Below, piece after piece: positions 1-12,003 of a stretch of DNA of 47,615 nt. Source of the stretch: an uncultured Enterobacteriaceae bacterium. GTDB lineage: Bacteria; Pseudomonadota; Gammaproteobacteria; Burkholderiales; SG8-39. Position 1 is the first letter of the stretch. Each line of letters opens with the position of its first letter. The notes beneath the pieces are model-generated. The model saw only the letters and a list, made by a program, of their open reading frames with translations. It was not told the DNA's origin and searched no databases. Both the position numbers and the translations under genes were made by a program. Location: contig CAZLUX010000006.1 of assembly GCA_964562815.1 (NCBI GenBank), positions 1-47,615 of the forward strand. Reading direction: 5' to 3'.

Positions 1-81
1 ATCACGCTCGCGGTGTTCGCCTTCAACCTGTTCGGCGACTCGCTGCGCGACACGCTCGACCCGAAGCTGCGCAGCCGCTAG
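1..81 (+). CDS. ABC transporter permease, C-terminal fragment (dipeptide/oligopeptide/nickel DppC/OppC-like); 5' end lies outside the window
   Basis: Frame 1 reads ITLAVFAFNLFGDSLRDTLDPKLRSR, then TAG at 79-81. This is the typical C-terminal tail of peptide-type ABC permeases. Confidence 0.6.
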   Translation: MTLAVFAFNLFGDSLRDTLDPKLRSR

Positions 82-1067
82 GAGGAACGGCGGTACTGGC
101 CGCTGCTCCCGGCGCGCAGGCGGATCAGCCCGAGCAGGCTCTCGGTATACGGCGCGGCGACGCCCGCCTCGCGCGCGATCTCGAGCGTGCCCGTGAGCAG
201 GCCGTCGATCTCGAGCGGCCTGCCGGCTTCCAGGTCCTGCAGCATCGAGGTCTTGAACGCGCCCAGCACGCGCGCCATGTCGATGCGGGCTTCGGGATCG
301 ATGGCGGCGTCCACGCCGGCCGCGCGCCCGATCTCGAGCCCCTCGCGCATGACCGCGACCATGTAGGCCTTGACCAGCGGGTCGGCGATCAGCCGGTCGG
401 CAGTCGCGAGCGTCAGCGCGGAGACCGGGTTGAAGCTCAGGTTGCCGAGCAGCTTGACCCAGAACTCCTTCTCGATCGCCGGCGTGCGCAGCACCTCGAA
501 GCCGGCCTTCTCGCAGGCGTCGGCGATGGCGTGCGTGCGCTCGCCGTTCGCGCCGCCGGGCTCGCCCAGGATCAGCCTGCGGCCCATGGCGTGGCGCACC
601 AGGCCGGGCTCGGGCGTCGACGCAGCGAAGTGCACCACGCAGCCGACCACCCTCGAGGCCGGCATCGCGCGCGCGAGGGCGCCGCCCGGGTCGAGGCTCT
701 CGAGCCTCGGTTTGCCCGCGCCGAACGGGAGGCGCTCGAAGAACCACCACGGCACCCCGTTCATCGCGGTGACGATGCTGGTGTCGGCGCCGAGCAGAGG
801 CGCGATGCCCGCCGCGACCTGCGGCAGCGCGTGCCCCTTCACCGCCACGATCACGCAGTCCTGTGCCCCGAGCCTGGCGGGGTCGTCGTCGGCGCGCACG
901 CGCGCGACTTGCACGTCGCCATCGGCGCCGGCAAGCCGCAGCCCGCGGCTGCGGATCGCCTCGAGGTTGGCGCCGCGCGCGACGACCGACACGTCCTGCC
1001 CGCTGCGGGCGAGCCAGCCGGCGATCAGGCCGCCGACCGCGCCCGCGCCGTAAACGCAGATTCTCAT
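78..1067 (-). CDS. panE: 2-dehydropantoate 2-reductase family protein (ApbA/PanE-like)
   Basis: I trimmed the 433-aa track ORF to the ATG at 1067 (MRICVYGAGAVGGLIAGWLARSG, a Rossmann GxGxxG N-terminus typical of ketopantoate reductases). The upstream part of the track ORF is low-complexity and crosses the divergent promoter region. Confidence 0.8.
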   Translation of the reverse strand: MRICVYGAGAVGGLIAGWLARSGQDVSVVARGANLEAIRSRGLRLAGADGDVQVARVRADDDPARLGAQDCVIVAVKGHALPQVAAGIAPLLGADTSIVTAMNGVPWWFFERLPFGAGKPRLESLDPGGALARAMPASRVVGCVVHFAASTPEPGLVRHAMGRRLILGEPGGANGERTHAIADACEKAGFEVLRTPAIEKEFWVKLLGNLSFNPVSALTLATADRLIADPLVKAYMVAVMREGLEIGRAAGVDAAIDPEARIDMARVLGAFKTSMLQDLEAGRPLEIDGLLTGTLEIAREAGVAAPYTESLLGLIRLRAGSSGQYRRSS

Positions 1068-1167
1068 TCCGGAAACTTGAATCCCGTGGATGCGATCGAA
1101 CGTACAATAAGTCCCACAGGCGGGCAACTTAAATGCACTCTGACCCCGTTTTTTTCGGAGGACCCAG

Positions 1168-1824
1168 ATGTTTTCGTTCATGCAGAAACTGAAGTCGCTG
1201 CTGCCGGCGGAGCGCACCCTGCCGGGGCGCGCGGAGGAGATGCCGGTGCCGGAGCGGCACTTCGTCAACGGCCATCCGCTCAAGCCGCCTTTCCCGGAGG
1301 GCATGCAGCAGGCGCTGTTCGGCATGGGCTGCTTCTGGGGCGCAGAGCGGATGTTCTGGGAGACGCCGGGCGTATACACGACCGCGGTCGGCTACGCGGG
1401 CGGCGAGACGCCGAACCCGAGCTACGAGGAGGTGTGCAGCGGCTGCACCAACCACACCGAGGCGGTGCTGGTGGTGTTCGACCCGGCCGAGGTTTCCTAC
1501 GAAGCGCTGCTCAAGGTGTTCTGGGAAGGGCACGACCCGACCCAGGGCATGCGCCAGGGAAACGACGTCGGCACGCAGTACCGCTCGGCGATTTACGCCT
1601 TCGGCGACGAGCAGCTGCGGACGGCGCGGGCCACGAAGCAAGCCTTCGAGAAGGCGCTCGCGAAGAGGGGCTTCGGCAGGATCACGACCGAGATCCGTGC
1701 CGCGCCCGCGTTCTACTACGCCGAGGACTACCACCAGCAGTACCTCGGCAAGAACCCGAACGGCTACTGCGGCCTGGGCGGAACTGGCGTCACCTGTCCG
1801 GCGGGAGTGCTGGCCAAGGCCTGA
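1168..1824 (+). CDS. msrA: peptide-methionine (S)-S-oxide reductase
   Basis: [13 protein letters not shown] active-site motif, a 218-aa length typical of MsrA, and GGAGGA upstream of the ATG. Confidence 0.95.
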   Translation: MFSFMQKLKSLLPAERTLPGRAEEMPVPERHFVNGHPLKPPFPEGMQQALFGMGCFWGAERMFWETPGVYTTAVGYAGGETPNPSYEEVCSGCTNHTEAVLVVFDPAEVSYEALLKVFWEGHDPTQGMRQGNDVGTQYRSAIYAFGDEQLRTARATKQAFEKALAKRGFGRITTEIRAAPAFYYAEDYHQQYLGKNPNGYCGLGGTGVTCPAGVLAKA

Positions 1825-2192
1825 TGCGGCTCGACAAGTGGCTGTGGGCGGCGCGCTTCTACAAGACGCGCTCGCTCGCGCAGCAGGCGGTCGAGGCGGG
1901 GAGGGTGCGCGTGGGCGGAGAGCGGGTGAAGCCCTCGCGCGAGGTCAGGCCCGGCGACCTGCTGGCGCTGCGCGTGCAGGAGCTGGACTGGGAGGTCGCG
2001 GTGCGCAGGCTGTCGGAGCGGCGCGGCCCGGCCGCCGAAGCGCGTTTGCTGTACGAGGAAACCGAACCCGGTCGCGCGGCGCGCGAGGCACAACTCGCGC
2101 AGCGCAAGCTCGCACGCGAGGCGGGGTTCGACGCGGGCGGGCGCCCCACCAAGCAGGACCGGCGGGCGCTGAGGAAGCTGCGCGGCTACTAG
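1824..2192 (+). CDS. hslR: ribosome-associated heat shock protein Hsp15 (S4 RNA-binding domain)
   Basis: [19 protein letters not shown]...LLYEET closely parallels E. coli HslR. The ATG overlaps the msrA stop (TGATG). Confidence 0.88.
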   Translation: MRLDKWLWAARFYKTRSLAQQAVEAGRVRVGGERVKPSREVRPGDLLALRVQELDWEVAVRRLSERRGPAAEARLLYEETEPGRAAREAQLAQRKLAREAGFDAGGRPTKQDRRALRKLRGY

Positions 2193-2198
2193 GCAGGC

Positions 2199-2540
2199 TC
2201 AGGCGTGCGGCGGCCGCTTGAGCATGGTCTGCGCGTCCTCGATCACCTTGAACGGGCTCCTGCCCCAGAGGATCGCGCCGTAGAAGAAGGTCTCCAGCTT
2301 GGCGGCGATGAGCGCCTGCCACTGGTACTGGTTCACCAGGATCACCTGTCCGGTCATGCCGAGCTCGCCGATCACGCTGAAGTGCCCCTCCAGCACAGGC
2401 TTTTGCGGTTGCCTGTCCCACTTGACGGGATCGACGCGCGAGATCGACCCGGGCTGCTCGCCCGGGAAGACGTCGAACGAGCCGCTGCAGTTGTCCTGGC
2501 TGCGCAGCGAGCAGGCGAGGCGTGTGCCGCGGGGAGGCAT
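2199..2540 (-). CDS. hypothetical protein (113 aa), last gene of the mdh-prp-acnA operon
   Basis: The ORF has strong G/C third-position bias like its neighbours. GGGAG lies about 8 nt upstream of the ATG, which is 16 nt downstream of the acnA stop. I recognise no family. Confidence 0.5.
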   Translation of the reverse strand: MPPRGTRLACSLRSQDNCSGSFDVFPGEQPGSISRVDPVKWDRQPQKPVLEGHFSVIGELGMTGQVILVNQYQWQALIAAKLETFFYGAILWGRSPFKVIEDAQTMLKRPPHA

Positions 2541-2556
2541 GGCCCGCTCCCGCGGC

Positions 2557-5247
<2,691 letters not shown>

Positions 5248-5249
5248 AT

Positions 5250-5795
5250 TCAGGATCCCTTTTTCGATTTCAGGTACTGCGCGAAGCTGTGGCTGCGATA
5301 GGCGCCGCTGGCGACGTAACTGCCGAGCAGGATGAATTCCTTCGGATCGTAGAGGCCGCCGACCCAGGTCACCAGCGGCTTGCCGTCGTCGAGGCCGTAG
5401 AAGACGAACGTCGGCGTGTGGTTGACGCCGGCGGCACGGGCGAACTTCTTCTCGATGAGGTCCTTGCCGTCGAACCCGGTGACCGTCTGGTCGCCGAGGG
5501 TGTCGATCTGAAAGAGCTGGAAGTGCTTGCGGAAGTAGGCCTGCACGTCCGAGCGCGACAGCACCTCGCGCTTCATGCGCCGGCAGTAGGGGCAGTCCTC
5601 GAACTCGTACATCACCATGATTGCCGACTTGCCGGCCTTCTTCGCGTCCTGGGCCGCGGCCTGCAGGTCGTAGAGGAAGGGATGGAAGAAGTAGTCGACC
5701 GGGTCGCGGTACTGGACCTTCGGCGCTGCCTGCAAAGCGGCGGGCACCGCCAGCCAGAGCAGGAACAGGGCGAGGCCGCGCAGGTTACGAGTCAT
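5250..5795 (-). CDS. secreted thioredoxin-fold protein with CPYC motif
   Basis: Sec-type signal peptide ([25 protein letters not shown]), then [14 protein letters not shown] (CxxC) in a thioredoxin-like context. The stop is 2 nt from the acnA ATG. Confidence 0.75.
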   Translation of the reverse strand: MTRNLRGLALFLLWLAVPAALQAAPKVQYRDPVDYFFHPFLYDLQAAAQDAKKAGKSAIMVMYEFEDCPYCRRMKREVLSRSDVQAYFRKHFQLFQIDTLGDQTVTGFDGKDLIEKKFARAAGVNHTPTFVFYGLDDGKPLVTWVGGLYDPKEFILLGSYVASGAYRSHSFAQYLKSKKGS

Positions 5796-5952
5796 GTTTC
5801 TTCAGCTCCTCCAGCACGCGCGCGCGCTCTTCGATCAGAGCGGCCAGCTGCTCGTCGCAGCGCGCGATCGGGGTCGGGTACTCGCGCACCTGTGCGCAGA
5901 GCGCCTCGAACTTGCGCTCCAGCTGGAGCCGATCTTCTTCCGCGCGAGGCAT
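5785..5952 (-). CDS. small hypothetical protein (55 aa), not in the supplied ORF track
   Basis: My own translation is [63 protein letters not shown] sits just upstream of the ATG at 5952 and overlaps the prpD stop. Third positions are G/C-rich. The 3' end overlaps the next gene's start by 11 nt. Confidence 0.45.
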   Translation of the reverse strand: MPRAEEDRLQLERKFEALCAQVREYPTPIARCDEQLAALIEERARVLEELKKHDS

Positions 5953-5962
5953 CGTTCCCTCC

Positions 5963-7402
5963 TCAGATCACGAACAGGTCGACGAACTCGTCGACCGGCA
6001 TGGCGTGCAGCCGGCCGGGGTTCATGCAGACCTCGAGGATCGCATTCTGCTGCTTGGATGGAAAGCGCCGGGCGAGGTTCCGCTTGAACTTCTCCACCAG
6101 CACGGGCATGCCCTCCTTGCGGCGGCGCTTGTGCCCGATCGGGTACTCGCACACGAACTCGCCGAGCTTGCTTCCGTCCTTGAACTCCACCGTCAGCGCG
6201 TTCGCGATCGAGCGCTTGTCGGGGTCGTGGTAGTCGCGGGTGAAGCCCTTGTCCTCGACGCAGGTAATCTTGGCCCGCAGCGCGTCGATGCGCGGGTCGG
6301 CGGCCACTGCGTCCTCGTAGTCGCCGGCGGTCAGGCGGCCGAACAGGATCGGCACCGCCACCATGTACTGGATGCAGTGGTCGCGGTCGGCCGGGTTGTC
6401 GAGCGGGCCCTTCTTGTCGATGATCCGCAGGCAGGCCTCGTGGGTGCGGATGGTGATCTTCTTGATGTCCTCCGGCGCGCGGTTCTGGCTCTTCAGCGCC
6501 TCGTGGATCTGCATCGCGCATTCGACCGCCGTCTGCGAGTGGAACTCGGCCGGATAGGAGATCTTGAACAGCACGTTCTCCATCACGTAGGAGCCGAAGG
6601 GGCGCTGGAACTTGAACGGCTTGCCCTTGAACGAGACGTCGTAGAAGCCCCAGGTCTTGGCGCTGAGCACCGAGGGGTAGCCCATCTCGCCGGTCTTCGA
6701 GATCAGCGCGAGGCGCACGCCGCGGCTGGTGGCGTCGCCCGCGGCCCAGCTCTTCCTCGAGCCGGTATTCGGCGCGTGGCGGTAGGTGCGCAGGCTCTGG
6801 CCGTCGACCCAGGCCTGCGACACGGCGTTCACCACCTCTTCGTAACTGCAGCCGATCATCTGCGCCACCACCGCGGTGGTGGCGACCTTGACCAGCAGCA
6901 CGTGGTCGAGGCCGACCTTGTTGAAGCTGTTCTCGAGCGCGAGCACGCCCTGGATCTCGTGCGCCTTGATCATGCCGGTCAGCACGTCGCGCATCGTCAG
7001 CGGCTTCTTCGCGCTGCGGGAGACCCAGTCCGCGGCGGCGAGGATGCCGCCCAGGTTGTCGGAGGGGTGGCCCCACTCGGCGGCGAGCCAGGTGTCGTTG
7101 AAGTCGAGCCAGCGGATCATCGCGCCGATGTTGAAGGCGGCCTGCACCGGGTCGAGCTGGAACTGGGTGCCGGGGACCTTGGCCCCGTTCGGCACCACCG
7201 TGCCCGGCACGATGGGCCCGAGCAGCTTGGTGCAGGCGGGGTACTCGAGCGCCTCGAAGCCGCAGCCCAGGGTGTCCATCAGGCAGTAGCGCGCGGTCTC
7301 GTAGGCGTCCTTACTGGTGATCCTGTGCTTGGCGACGTAGTCGGCGATCTGCGTCAGCACCTTGTCCGGCGCCGGCCGGACGTTCGAGACGTGACCGGAC
7401 AT
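5963..7402 (-). CDS. prpD: 2-methylcitrate dehydratase
   Basis: 479 aa with an MmgE/PrpD-family sequence ([12 protein letters not shown]..., [10 protein letters not shown]). It sits directly after prpC. Confidence 0.95.
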   Translation of the reverse strand: MSGHVSNVRPAPDKVLTQIADYVAKHRITSKDAYETARYCLMDTLGCGFEALEYPACTKLLGPIVPGTVVPNGAKVPGTQFQLDPVQAAFNIGAMIRWLDFNDTWLAAEWGHPSDNLGGILAAADWVSRSAKKPLTMRDVLTGMIKAHEIQGVLALENSFNKVGLDHVLLVKVATTAVVAQMIGCSYEEVVNAVSQAWVDGQSLRTYRHAPNTGSRKSWAAGDATSRGVRLALISKTGEMGYPSVLSAKTWGFYDVSFKGKPFKFQRPFGSYVMENVLFKISYPAEFHSQTAVECAMQIHEALKSQNRAPEDIKKITIRTHEACLRIIDKKGPLDNPADRDHCIQYMVAVPILFGRLTAGDYEDAVAADPRIDALRAKITCVEDKGFTRDYHDPDKRSIANALTVEFKDGSKLGEFVCEYPIGHKRRRKEGMPVLVEKFKRNLARRFPSKQQNAILEVCMNPGRLHAMPVDEFVDLFVI

Positions 7403-7405
7403 CTT

Positions 7406-7612
7406 CTATTTGTCCGCTTCGGTCAGGGGCTTGAAGGTGTACTCGGCGCCTCCCGACAGGGCAGGGTGGCGCGGCGGGGGCGGAGGGGTGCGCACGTCCG
7501 GCTCCTTGTCCCACCAGTCGGCGCGCCCCTTCTGCTGCGAGGCGAGCTCCTCCGGGTGCTGCTCGAGGTACTGCCGCATGAACTTGGTGAGGTCGGATTC
7601 GTACTGGGCCAT
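7406..7612 (-). CDS. small conserved-looking protein (68 aa), possibly DUF3460-like
   Basis: MAQYESDLTKFMRQYLEQHPEELASQQKGRADWWDK... The ATG is 2 nt after the prpC stop and the stop is 3 nt before the prpD ATG. The family assignment is from memory only. Confidence 0.6.
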   Translation of the reverse strand: MAQYESDLTKFMRQYLEQHPEELASQQKGRADWWDKEPDVRTPPPPPRHPALSGGAEYTFKPLTEADK

Positions 7613-7614
7613 GC

Positions 7615-8772
7615 TCAGGTCCTTTCCTTCATGGGCTGCCACTTGCGGTTCTCGGGGCCTACGTAGTTCGCGCCGGGGCGGATGATCTTGCCGTCGATGC
7701 GCTGCTCGATCACGTGCGCCGACCAGCCGCTGGTGCGCGAGATCACGAACAACGGGGTGAACATCGCGGTCGGCACGCCCATCATGTGATAGCTGGTCGC
7801 GCTGTACCAGTCGAGGTTGGCGAACATCTTCTTCTCGCGCGCCATCACCTTCTCGATGCGCTCGGAGATGTCGAACAGCTTCATGTCGCCCGCGTCTTTC
7901 GAGAGGCGCTTGGCGACCGCCTTGATGACCTCGTTGCGCGGGTCGGCGATCGTGTAGACGGGGTGGCCGAAGCCGATGATGACCTGCTTCTCGCCGATGC
8001 GCTTCACGACGTCCTTTTCGGCGTCGTCCGGGGTGTCGTAGCGGCCGATGACGTCGAAGGCGAACTCGTTGGCGCCGCCGTGCTTCGGTCCCTTGAGCGC
8101 GCCGATGCCTCCGGTGATCGCCGAGTACATGTCCGAGCCGGTGCCGGCGATGACCCGGCAGGTAAAGGTCGAGGCGTTGTACTCGTGCTCGGCATAGAGG
8201 ATGAGCGAGGTGTGCATCGCCCGCACCCAGAGCTCGCTCGGCTCGCGCCCGTGGAGCAGGTGCAGGAAGTGGCCGCCGATCGAGTCGTCGTCGGTCTCGA
8301 CGTCGATGCGCCGTCCCGAGTGCGAGAAGTGGTACCAGTACAGCAGCATCGAGCCGAAGCTCGCCATCAGGCGGTCGGCGATGTTGCGGGCTTCCGAAAG
8401 CTTGTGGTCCTGGTTCTCGGGCAGCACCGAGCCGAGCGCCGAGCAGGCGGTGCGCATCACGTCCATCGGATGCGCGTTGGCCGGGATGCATTCGAGCACG
8501 TCCTGCACCGCGGCCGGAATGCCGCGCAGGCCCTTGAGCTTGGTCTTGTAGCCCGCGAGCTCGGCGGCGTTGGGAAGCTTGCCGTGCACCAGCAGATAGG
8601 CGATTTCCTCGAACTCCGCCTCGTCGGCGAATTCCAGGATGTCGTAGCCGCGGTAGTGCAGGTCGTTGCCGCTGCGGCCGACGGTGCAAAGCGCCGTGTT
8701 GCCGGCGGCAACGCCGGACAGGGCGACCGATTTCTTGGGTTTAGGAGTTGCTGCGGGCTGAGAAGAGCTCAT
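7615..8772 (-). CDS. prpC: 2-methylcitrate synthase
   Basis: [35 protein letters not shown] and the rest align almost residue for residue with E. coli PrpC as I remember it. Confidence 0.95.
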   Translation of the reverse strand: MSSSQPAATPKPKKSVALSGVAAGNTALCTVGRSGNDLHYRGYDILEFADEAEFEEIAYLLVHGKLPNAAELAGYKTKLKGLRGIPAAVQDVLECIPANAHPMDVMRTACSALGSVLPENQDHKLSEARNIADRLMASFGSMLLYWYHFSHSGRRIDVETDDDSIGGHFLHLLHGREPSELWVRAMHTSLILYAEHEYNASTFTCRVIAGTGSDMYSAITGGIGALKGPKHGGANEFAFDVIGRYDTPDDAEKDVVKRIGEKQVIIGFGHPVYTIADPRNEVIKAVAKRLSKDAGDMKLFDISERIEKVMAREKKMFANLDWYSATSYHMMGVPTAMFTPLFVISRTSGWSAHVIEQRIDGKIIRPGANYVGPENRKWQPMKERT

Positions 8773-9631
8773 CGAGTTTTCCCTCGTATGCGTGGTAGTC
8801 GAGGTAGTCGTACAGCTCGTCGCGGGTCTGCATGGTCGCGACGACGTTCTTCTGCGTGCCTTCCTTGCGCAGCGTCTGGTAGACGTTGAGCGCGGCCTTG
8901 TTCATGGCGCGGAAGGCAGAGAGCGGGTAGAGCGCGAGCGCCACGCCGGCCGAGCGCAGCTCGTCGATGGTGAAGAGCGGCGTCTTGCCGAATTCGGTGA
9001 TGTTGGCGAGCACGGGCACTTTCGTCCCGTCGACGAACTTGCGGTACATCGGCAGCTCGGTGATCGCCTCCGGAAAGATCATGTCGGCGCCCGCCTCGGC
9101 GTAGGCGGCAGCGCGCTCGAGCGCGCGCTCGAGGCCCTCGCTCGCGAGCGCGTCGGTGCGCGCCATGACGACGAACGCGGGGTCGCTGCGCGCGTCGACC
9201 GCGGCCTTGATGCGGTCGCACATTTCCTGCTTCGACACCAGCTCCTTGCCCGGGCGGTGGCCGCAACGCTTGGCGCCGACCTGGTCCTCGATGTGCATCG
9301 CCGCGGCGCCGAATTTGACGAGCGACCTCGTGGTGCGGGCGACGTTGAACGCGCTCGTGCCGAAGCCGGTGTCGACGTCGACCAGCAGCGGCAGGTCGCA
9401 GACGTCGGTGATGCGGCGGATGTCGGTGAGGACGTCGTCGAGGTTGGAGATGCCGAGATCGGGCATGCCGAGCGAGCCGGCGGCGACGCCGCCGCCGGAG
9501 AGGTAGATGGCGCGGTAGCCCGAGCGCTTGGCGAGCAGGGCGTGGTAGGCGCAGATCGTGCCGATGACCTGCAGCGGCGATTCGTCCTTCAGCGCCTGGC
9601 GGAACTTCGCTCCCGGAGAGACTTGCGTCAT
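8741..9631 (-). CDS. prpB: methylisocitrate lyase
   Basis: PEP-mutase/isocitrate-lyase superfamily with the KRCGH motif ([15 protein letters not shown]). 296 aa, upstream of prpC with a 32-nt overlap. Confidence 0.93.
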   Translation of the reverse strand: MTQVSPGAKFRQALKDESPLQVIGTICAYHALLAKRSGYRAIYLSGGGVAAGSLGMPDLGISNLDDVLTDIRRITDVCDLPLLVDVDTGFGTSAFNVARTTRSLVKFGAAAMHIEDQVGAKRCGHRPGKELVSKQEMCDRIKAAVDARSDPAFVVMARTDALASEGLERALERAAAYAEAGADMIFPEAITELPMYRKFVDGTKVPVLANITEFGKTPLFTIDELRSAGVALALYPLSAFRAMNKAALNVYQTLRKEGTQKNVVATMQTRDELYDYLDYHAYEGKLDELFSARSNS

Positions 9632-9637
9632 GGCGGC

Positions 9638-10630
9638 CTAGCCCAGGAGCTGCTTGACGCCGTCGCGCTCCTCGTGCAGCTCCTTCAGCGTGGCCTCCAT
9701 GCGCTTGCGGCTGAAGTCGCTGACCTCGATGCCCTTGACGATCTGGTACTGGCCGTCCTTGCAGGTCACGGGGTAGCCGTAGAGCACGCCCTCGGCGATA
9801 CCGTAGCTGCCGTCGGCCGGGATGCCCATGGTGATCCAGTCGCCCTCGGGCGTTCCCATGATCCAGTCGCGCATGTGGTCGATCGCGGCGTTCGCCGCGC
9901 TCGCGGCCGAGGACAGGCCGCGCGCGGCGATGATGGCCGCGCCGCGCTTCTGCACGGTCGGGATCAGGGTCTGTTCGAGCCATTGCTGGTCGTTGATCAT
10001 CGGCCAGACTTTCTTGCCCTCGCACTCGGCCTGGAACAGGTCCGGATACTGGGTCGCCGAGTGGTTGCCCCACACGGTGACCTTGCGGATCGACGACAGC
10101 GGCTTGCCGAGCTTGTGGGCGATCTGCGAGAGCGTGCGGTTGTGGTCCAGGCGCATCATGCCGGTGAATTGGGTCGGCTTGAGCGAAGGGGCGTTCTTCA
10201 TCGCGATCAGGGCATTGGTGTTGGCCGGATTGCCGACCACCAGCACCTTGACCTTGCGGCTGGCGACCTTGTCCAGGGCCTTGCCCTGCGGGGCGAAGAT
10301 CTTGCCGTTGGCCTCCAGCAGGTCCTTGCGCTCCATGCCCGGGCCGCGCGGGCGCGCCCCGACCAGCAGCGCAACCTCGACGTCCTTGAAGGCGACCATC
10401 GGGTCGGAGGCCGCAGTCATGCCGTGGAGGAGGGGGAAGGCGCAGTCGTCGAGCTCCATCATCACGCCCTGCAGCGCTTTCTGCGCCTTTTCGTCCGGGA
10501 TCTCGAGCAGCTGCAGGATGACGGGCTGGTCCTTTCCCAGCATCTCGCCGCTGGCGATGCGAAACAGAAGGCTATAGCCGATTTGGCCGGCGGCGCCGGT
10601 GACGGCGACGCGTACGGGGGCTTTGGGCAT
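9638..10630 (-). CDS. mdh: malate dehydrogenase (NAD)
   Basis: [26 protein letters not shown]-terminus and the 330-aa LDH-like MDH class common in betaproteobacteria. GGAG lies 7 nt upstream of the ATG. Confidence 0.95.
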   Translation of the reverse strand: MPKAPVRVAVTGAAGQIGYSLLFRIASGEMLGKDQPVILQLLEIPDEKAQKALQGVMMELDDCAFPLLHGMTAASDPMVAFKDVEVALLVGARPRGPGMERKDLLEANGKIFAPQGKALDKVASRKVKVLVVGNPANTNALIAMKNAPSLKPTQFTGMMRLDHNRTLSQIAHKLGKPLSSIRKVTVWGNHSATQYPDLFQAECEGKKVWPMINDQQWLEQTLIPTVQKRGAAIIAARGLSSAASAANAAIDHMRDWIMGTPEGDWITMGIPADGSYGIAEGVLYGYPVTCKDGQYQIVKGIEVSDFSRKRMEATLKELHEERDGVKQLLG

Positions 10631-10729
10631 TGGGACTCCGAAAAGGCGCGTTCTTGGGGTGGATGGCGATTCTAGGCCGGCACGCCGGCCGCACGGACGA
10701 TGTTATGCGGGGCCCGGCGGGAAGTCAAT

Positions 10730-10761
10730 GTGTCTTGTGTCTTTTATAAGACATAAGACAC
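10730..10761. promoter_or_regulatory. 32-bp near-perfect palindrome, candidate GntR-family operator in the mdh / gntR-sdh divergent region
   Basis: GTGTCTTGTGTCTT ttat AAGACATAAGACAC: 14-nt arms match at 13 of 14 positions and each arm is a tandem GTGTCTT half-site. It sits in an AT-rich intergenic island next to a GntR/HutC-type regulator gene. Confidence 0.5.
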
Positions 10762-10792
10762 AATATAGACGAGTGCTGCCTTCTGTGCTGAA

Positions 10793-11524
10793 ATGCCCCC
10801 CGTGAGCTCGCCCACCTTCCGGCCGCTGTACAAGCAAATCAAGGAGTTGCTCCTCGACGGGCTGCGCGGCGGCGAATGGCGGCCCGGCGAGGCGATCCCC
10901 AGCGAGATCGAGCTCGCGGCGCGCTTCCGCGTCAGCCAGGGAACCGTGCGCAAGGCCATCGACGAGCTCGCGGCCGAGAACCTGCTCGTGCGGCGCCAGG
11001 GCAAGGGCACCTTCGTCGCGACCCACGGCGAGCCCCAGGTGCGGTTCCGCTTCCTGCGCCTGGCGCCGGACGCCGGCGGGCCGGTGGCGGCCGAGCGCAG
11101 GCTGCTCGATTTCCGCCGCGCGCGGGCAAGCGCCGAGCTGGCGCGGCTGCTCGACCTGCGCGCCGGCGACAGCATGATCGTGCTCACGCGGCTGCTTCTG
11201 TTCTCGGGCGATCCCGTGGTGCTGGAGGAGGTGTGGCTGCCGGCGGGCCTGTTCCGAGGCTTGAGTGCCGCGGCGGTCACCGAGCACAAGGGCGCACTCT
11301 ACAACCTGTTCGAGACGCAATACGGCACCCGCATGGTGCGCGCCGAGGAGAAGCTCAAGGCGCGTTCAGCCGACCCCGAAACCGCGAACCTGCTCGAGGT
11401 CGAGCCCGGCCATGCGCTGCTGGAGGTGGAGCGGCTTTCGTTCACCTATGGCGACCGCCCGGTGGAGTGGCGGCGCGGACTTTACAAAACGGACAGGCAC
11501 TTCTATCGCAGCGAGCTCGGCTGA
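10793..11524 (+). CDS. GntR family transcriptional regulator (HutC-like, UTRA effector domain)
   Basis: Winged-helix motif PSEIELAARFRVSQGTVRKAIDELAAENLLVRRQGKGTFV and a roughly 240-aa length. An in-frame GTG at 10802 is an alternative start. Confidence 0.85.
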   Translation: MPPVSSPTFRPLYKQIKELLLDGLRGGEWRPGEAIPSEIELAARFRVSQGTVRKAIDELAAENLLVRRQGKGTFVATHGEPQVRFRFLRLAPDAGGPVAAERRLLDFRRARASAELARLLDLRAGDSMIVLTRLLLFSGDPVVLEEVWLPAGLFRGLSAAAVTEHKGALYNLFETQYGTRMVRAEEKLKARSADPETANLLEVEPGHALLEVERLSFTYGDRPVEWRRGLYKTDRHFYRSELG

Positions 11525-11598
11525 ATGACGCATTGCGGCGATATAATCGGCCTATTCCGGCATTAAGCGCCGGACCCAGTCACCCGAAACATCAGCTC

Positions 11599-12003
11599 AT
11601 GTCCCAAGCGGCTGCCAACAAAAAGAACCGTCCCAAGTACCTCAATCTGACCGCGCTCCTGTTCGAGATCCGCCTGCCGTTGGCGGGCTGGGTGTCGATA
11701 TTGCACCGCATCAGCGGAGCGTTGCTGTTCGTCGGCACGTTGTGGCTGCTGTTCATGCTCGACCGCAGCCTCGCGTCGGCGCGCGAGTTCGCCTTCGTCG
11801 TCCATTATCTGCACCTGTGGCCGGTCAAGCTCGCGCTGCTGGTCCTGATCTGGGCCTACTGTCACCACTTCTGCGCCGGCATCCGTTTCCTCCTGCTCGA
11901 GACGCAGCGCGGCTGGGACAAGAAGAGCGCGCGCCTGAGCAGCATCGTCGTGCTGATCGCGGGGGTTGCGCTCACCATCGTGTTCGGAGCCAGGCTATGG
12001 TGA
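11599..12003 (+). CDS. sdhC: succinate dehydrogenase cytochrome b556 subunit
   Basis: 134 aa with three hydrophobic helices and an HR.SG heme-ligand region (ILHRISGALLF). It directly precedes sdhDAB. Confidence 0.88.
   Translation: MSQAAANKKNRPKYLNLTALLFEIRLPLAGWVSILHRISGALLFVGTLWLLFMLDRSLASAREFAFVVHYLHLWPVKLALLVLIWAYCHHFCAGIRFLLLETQRGWDKKSARLSSIVVLIAGVALTIVFGARLW

Noticed and set aside
78-81. CTAG where the convergent permease and panE-like stop codons overlap
   Set aside because: It is a real but trivial consequence of two convergent TAG stops sharing a palindromic tetranucleotide. No functional meaning is inferred.
11542-11547. Perfect TATAAT between gntR and sdhC as an internal sdh promoter
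   Set aside because: There is no acceptable -35 or TG extension at the right distance, and a lone hexamer is weak evidence.
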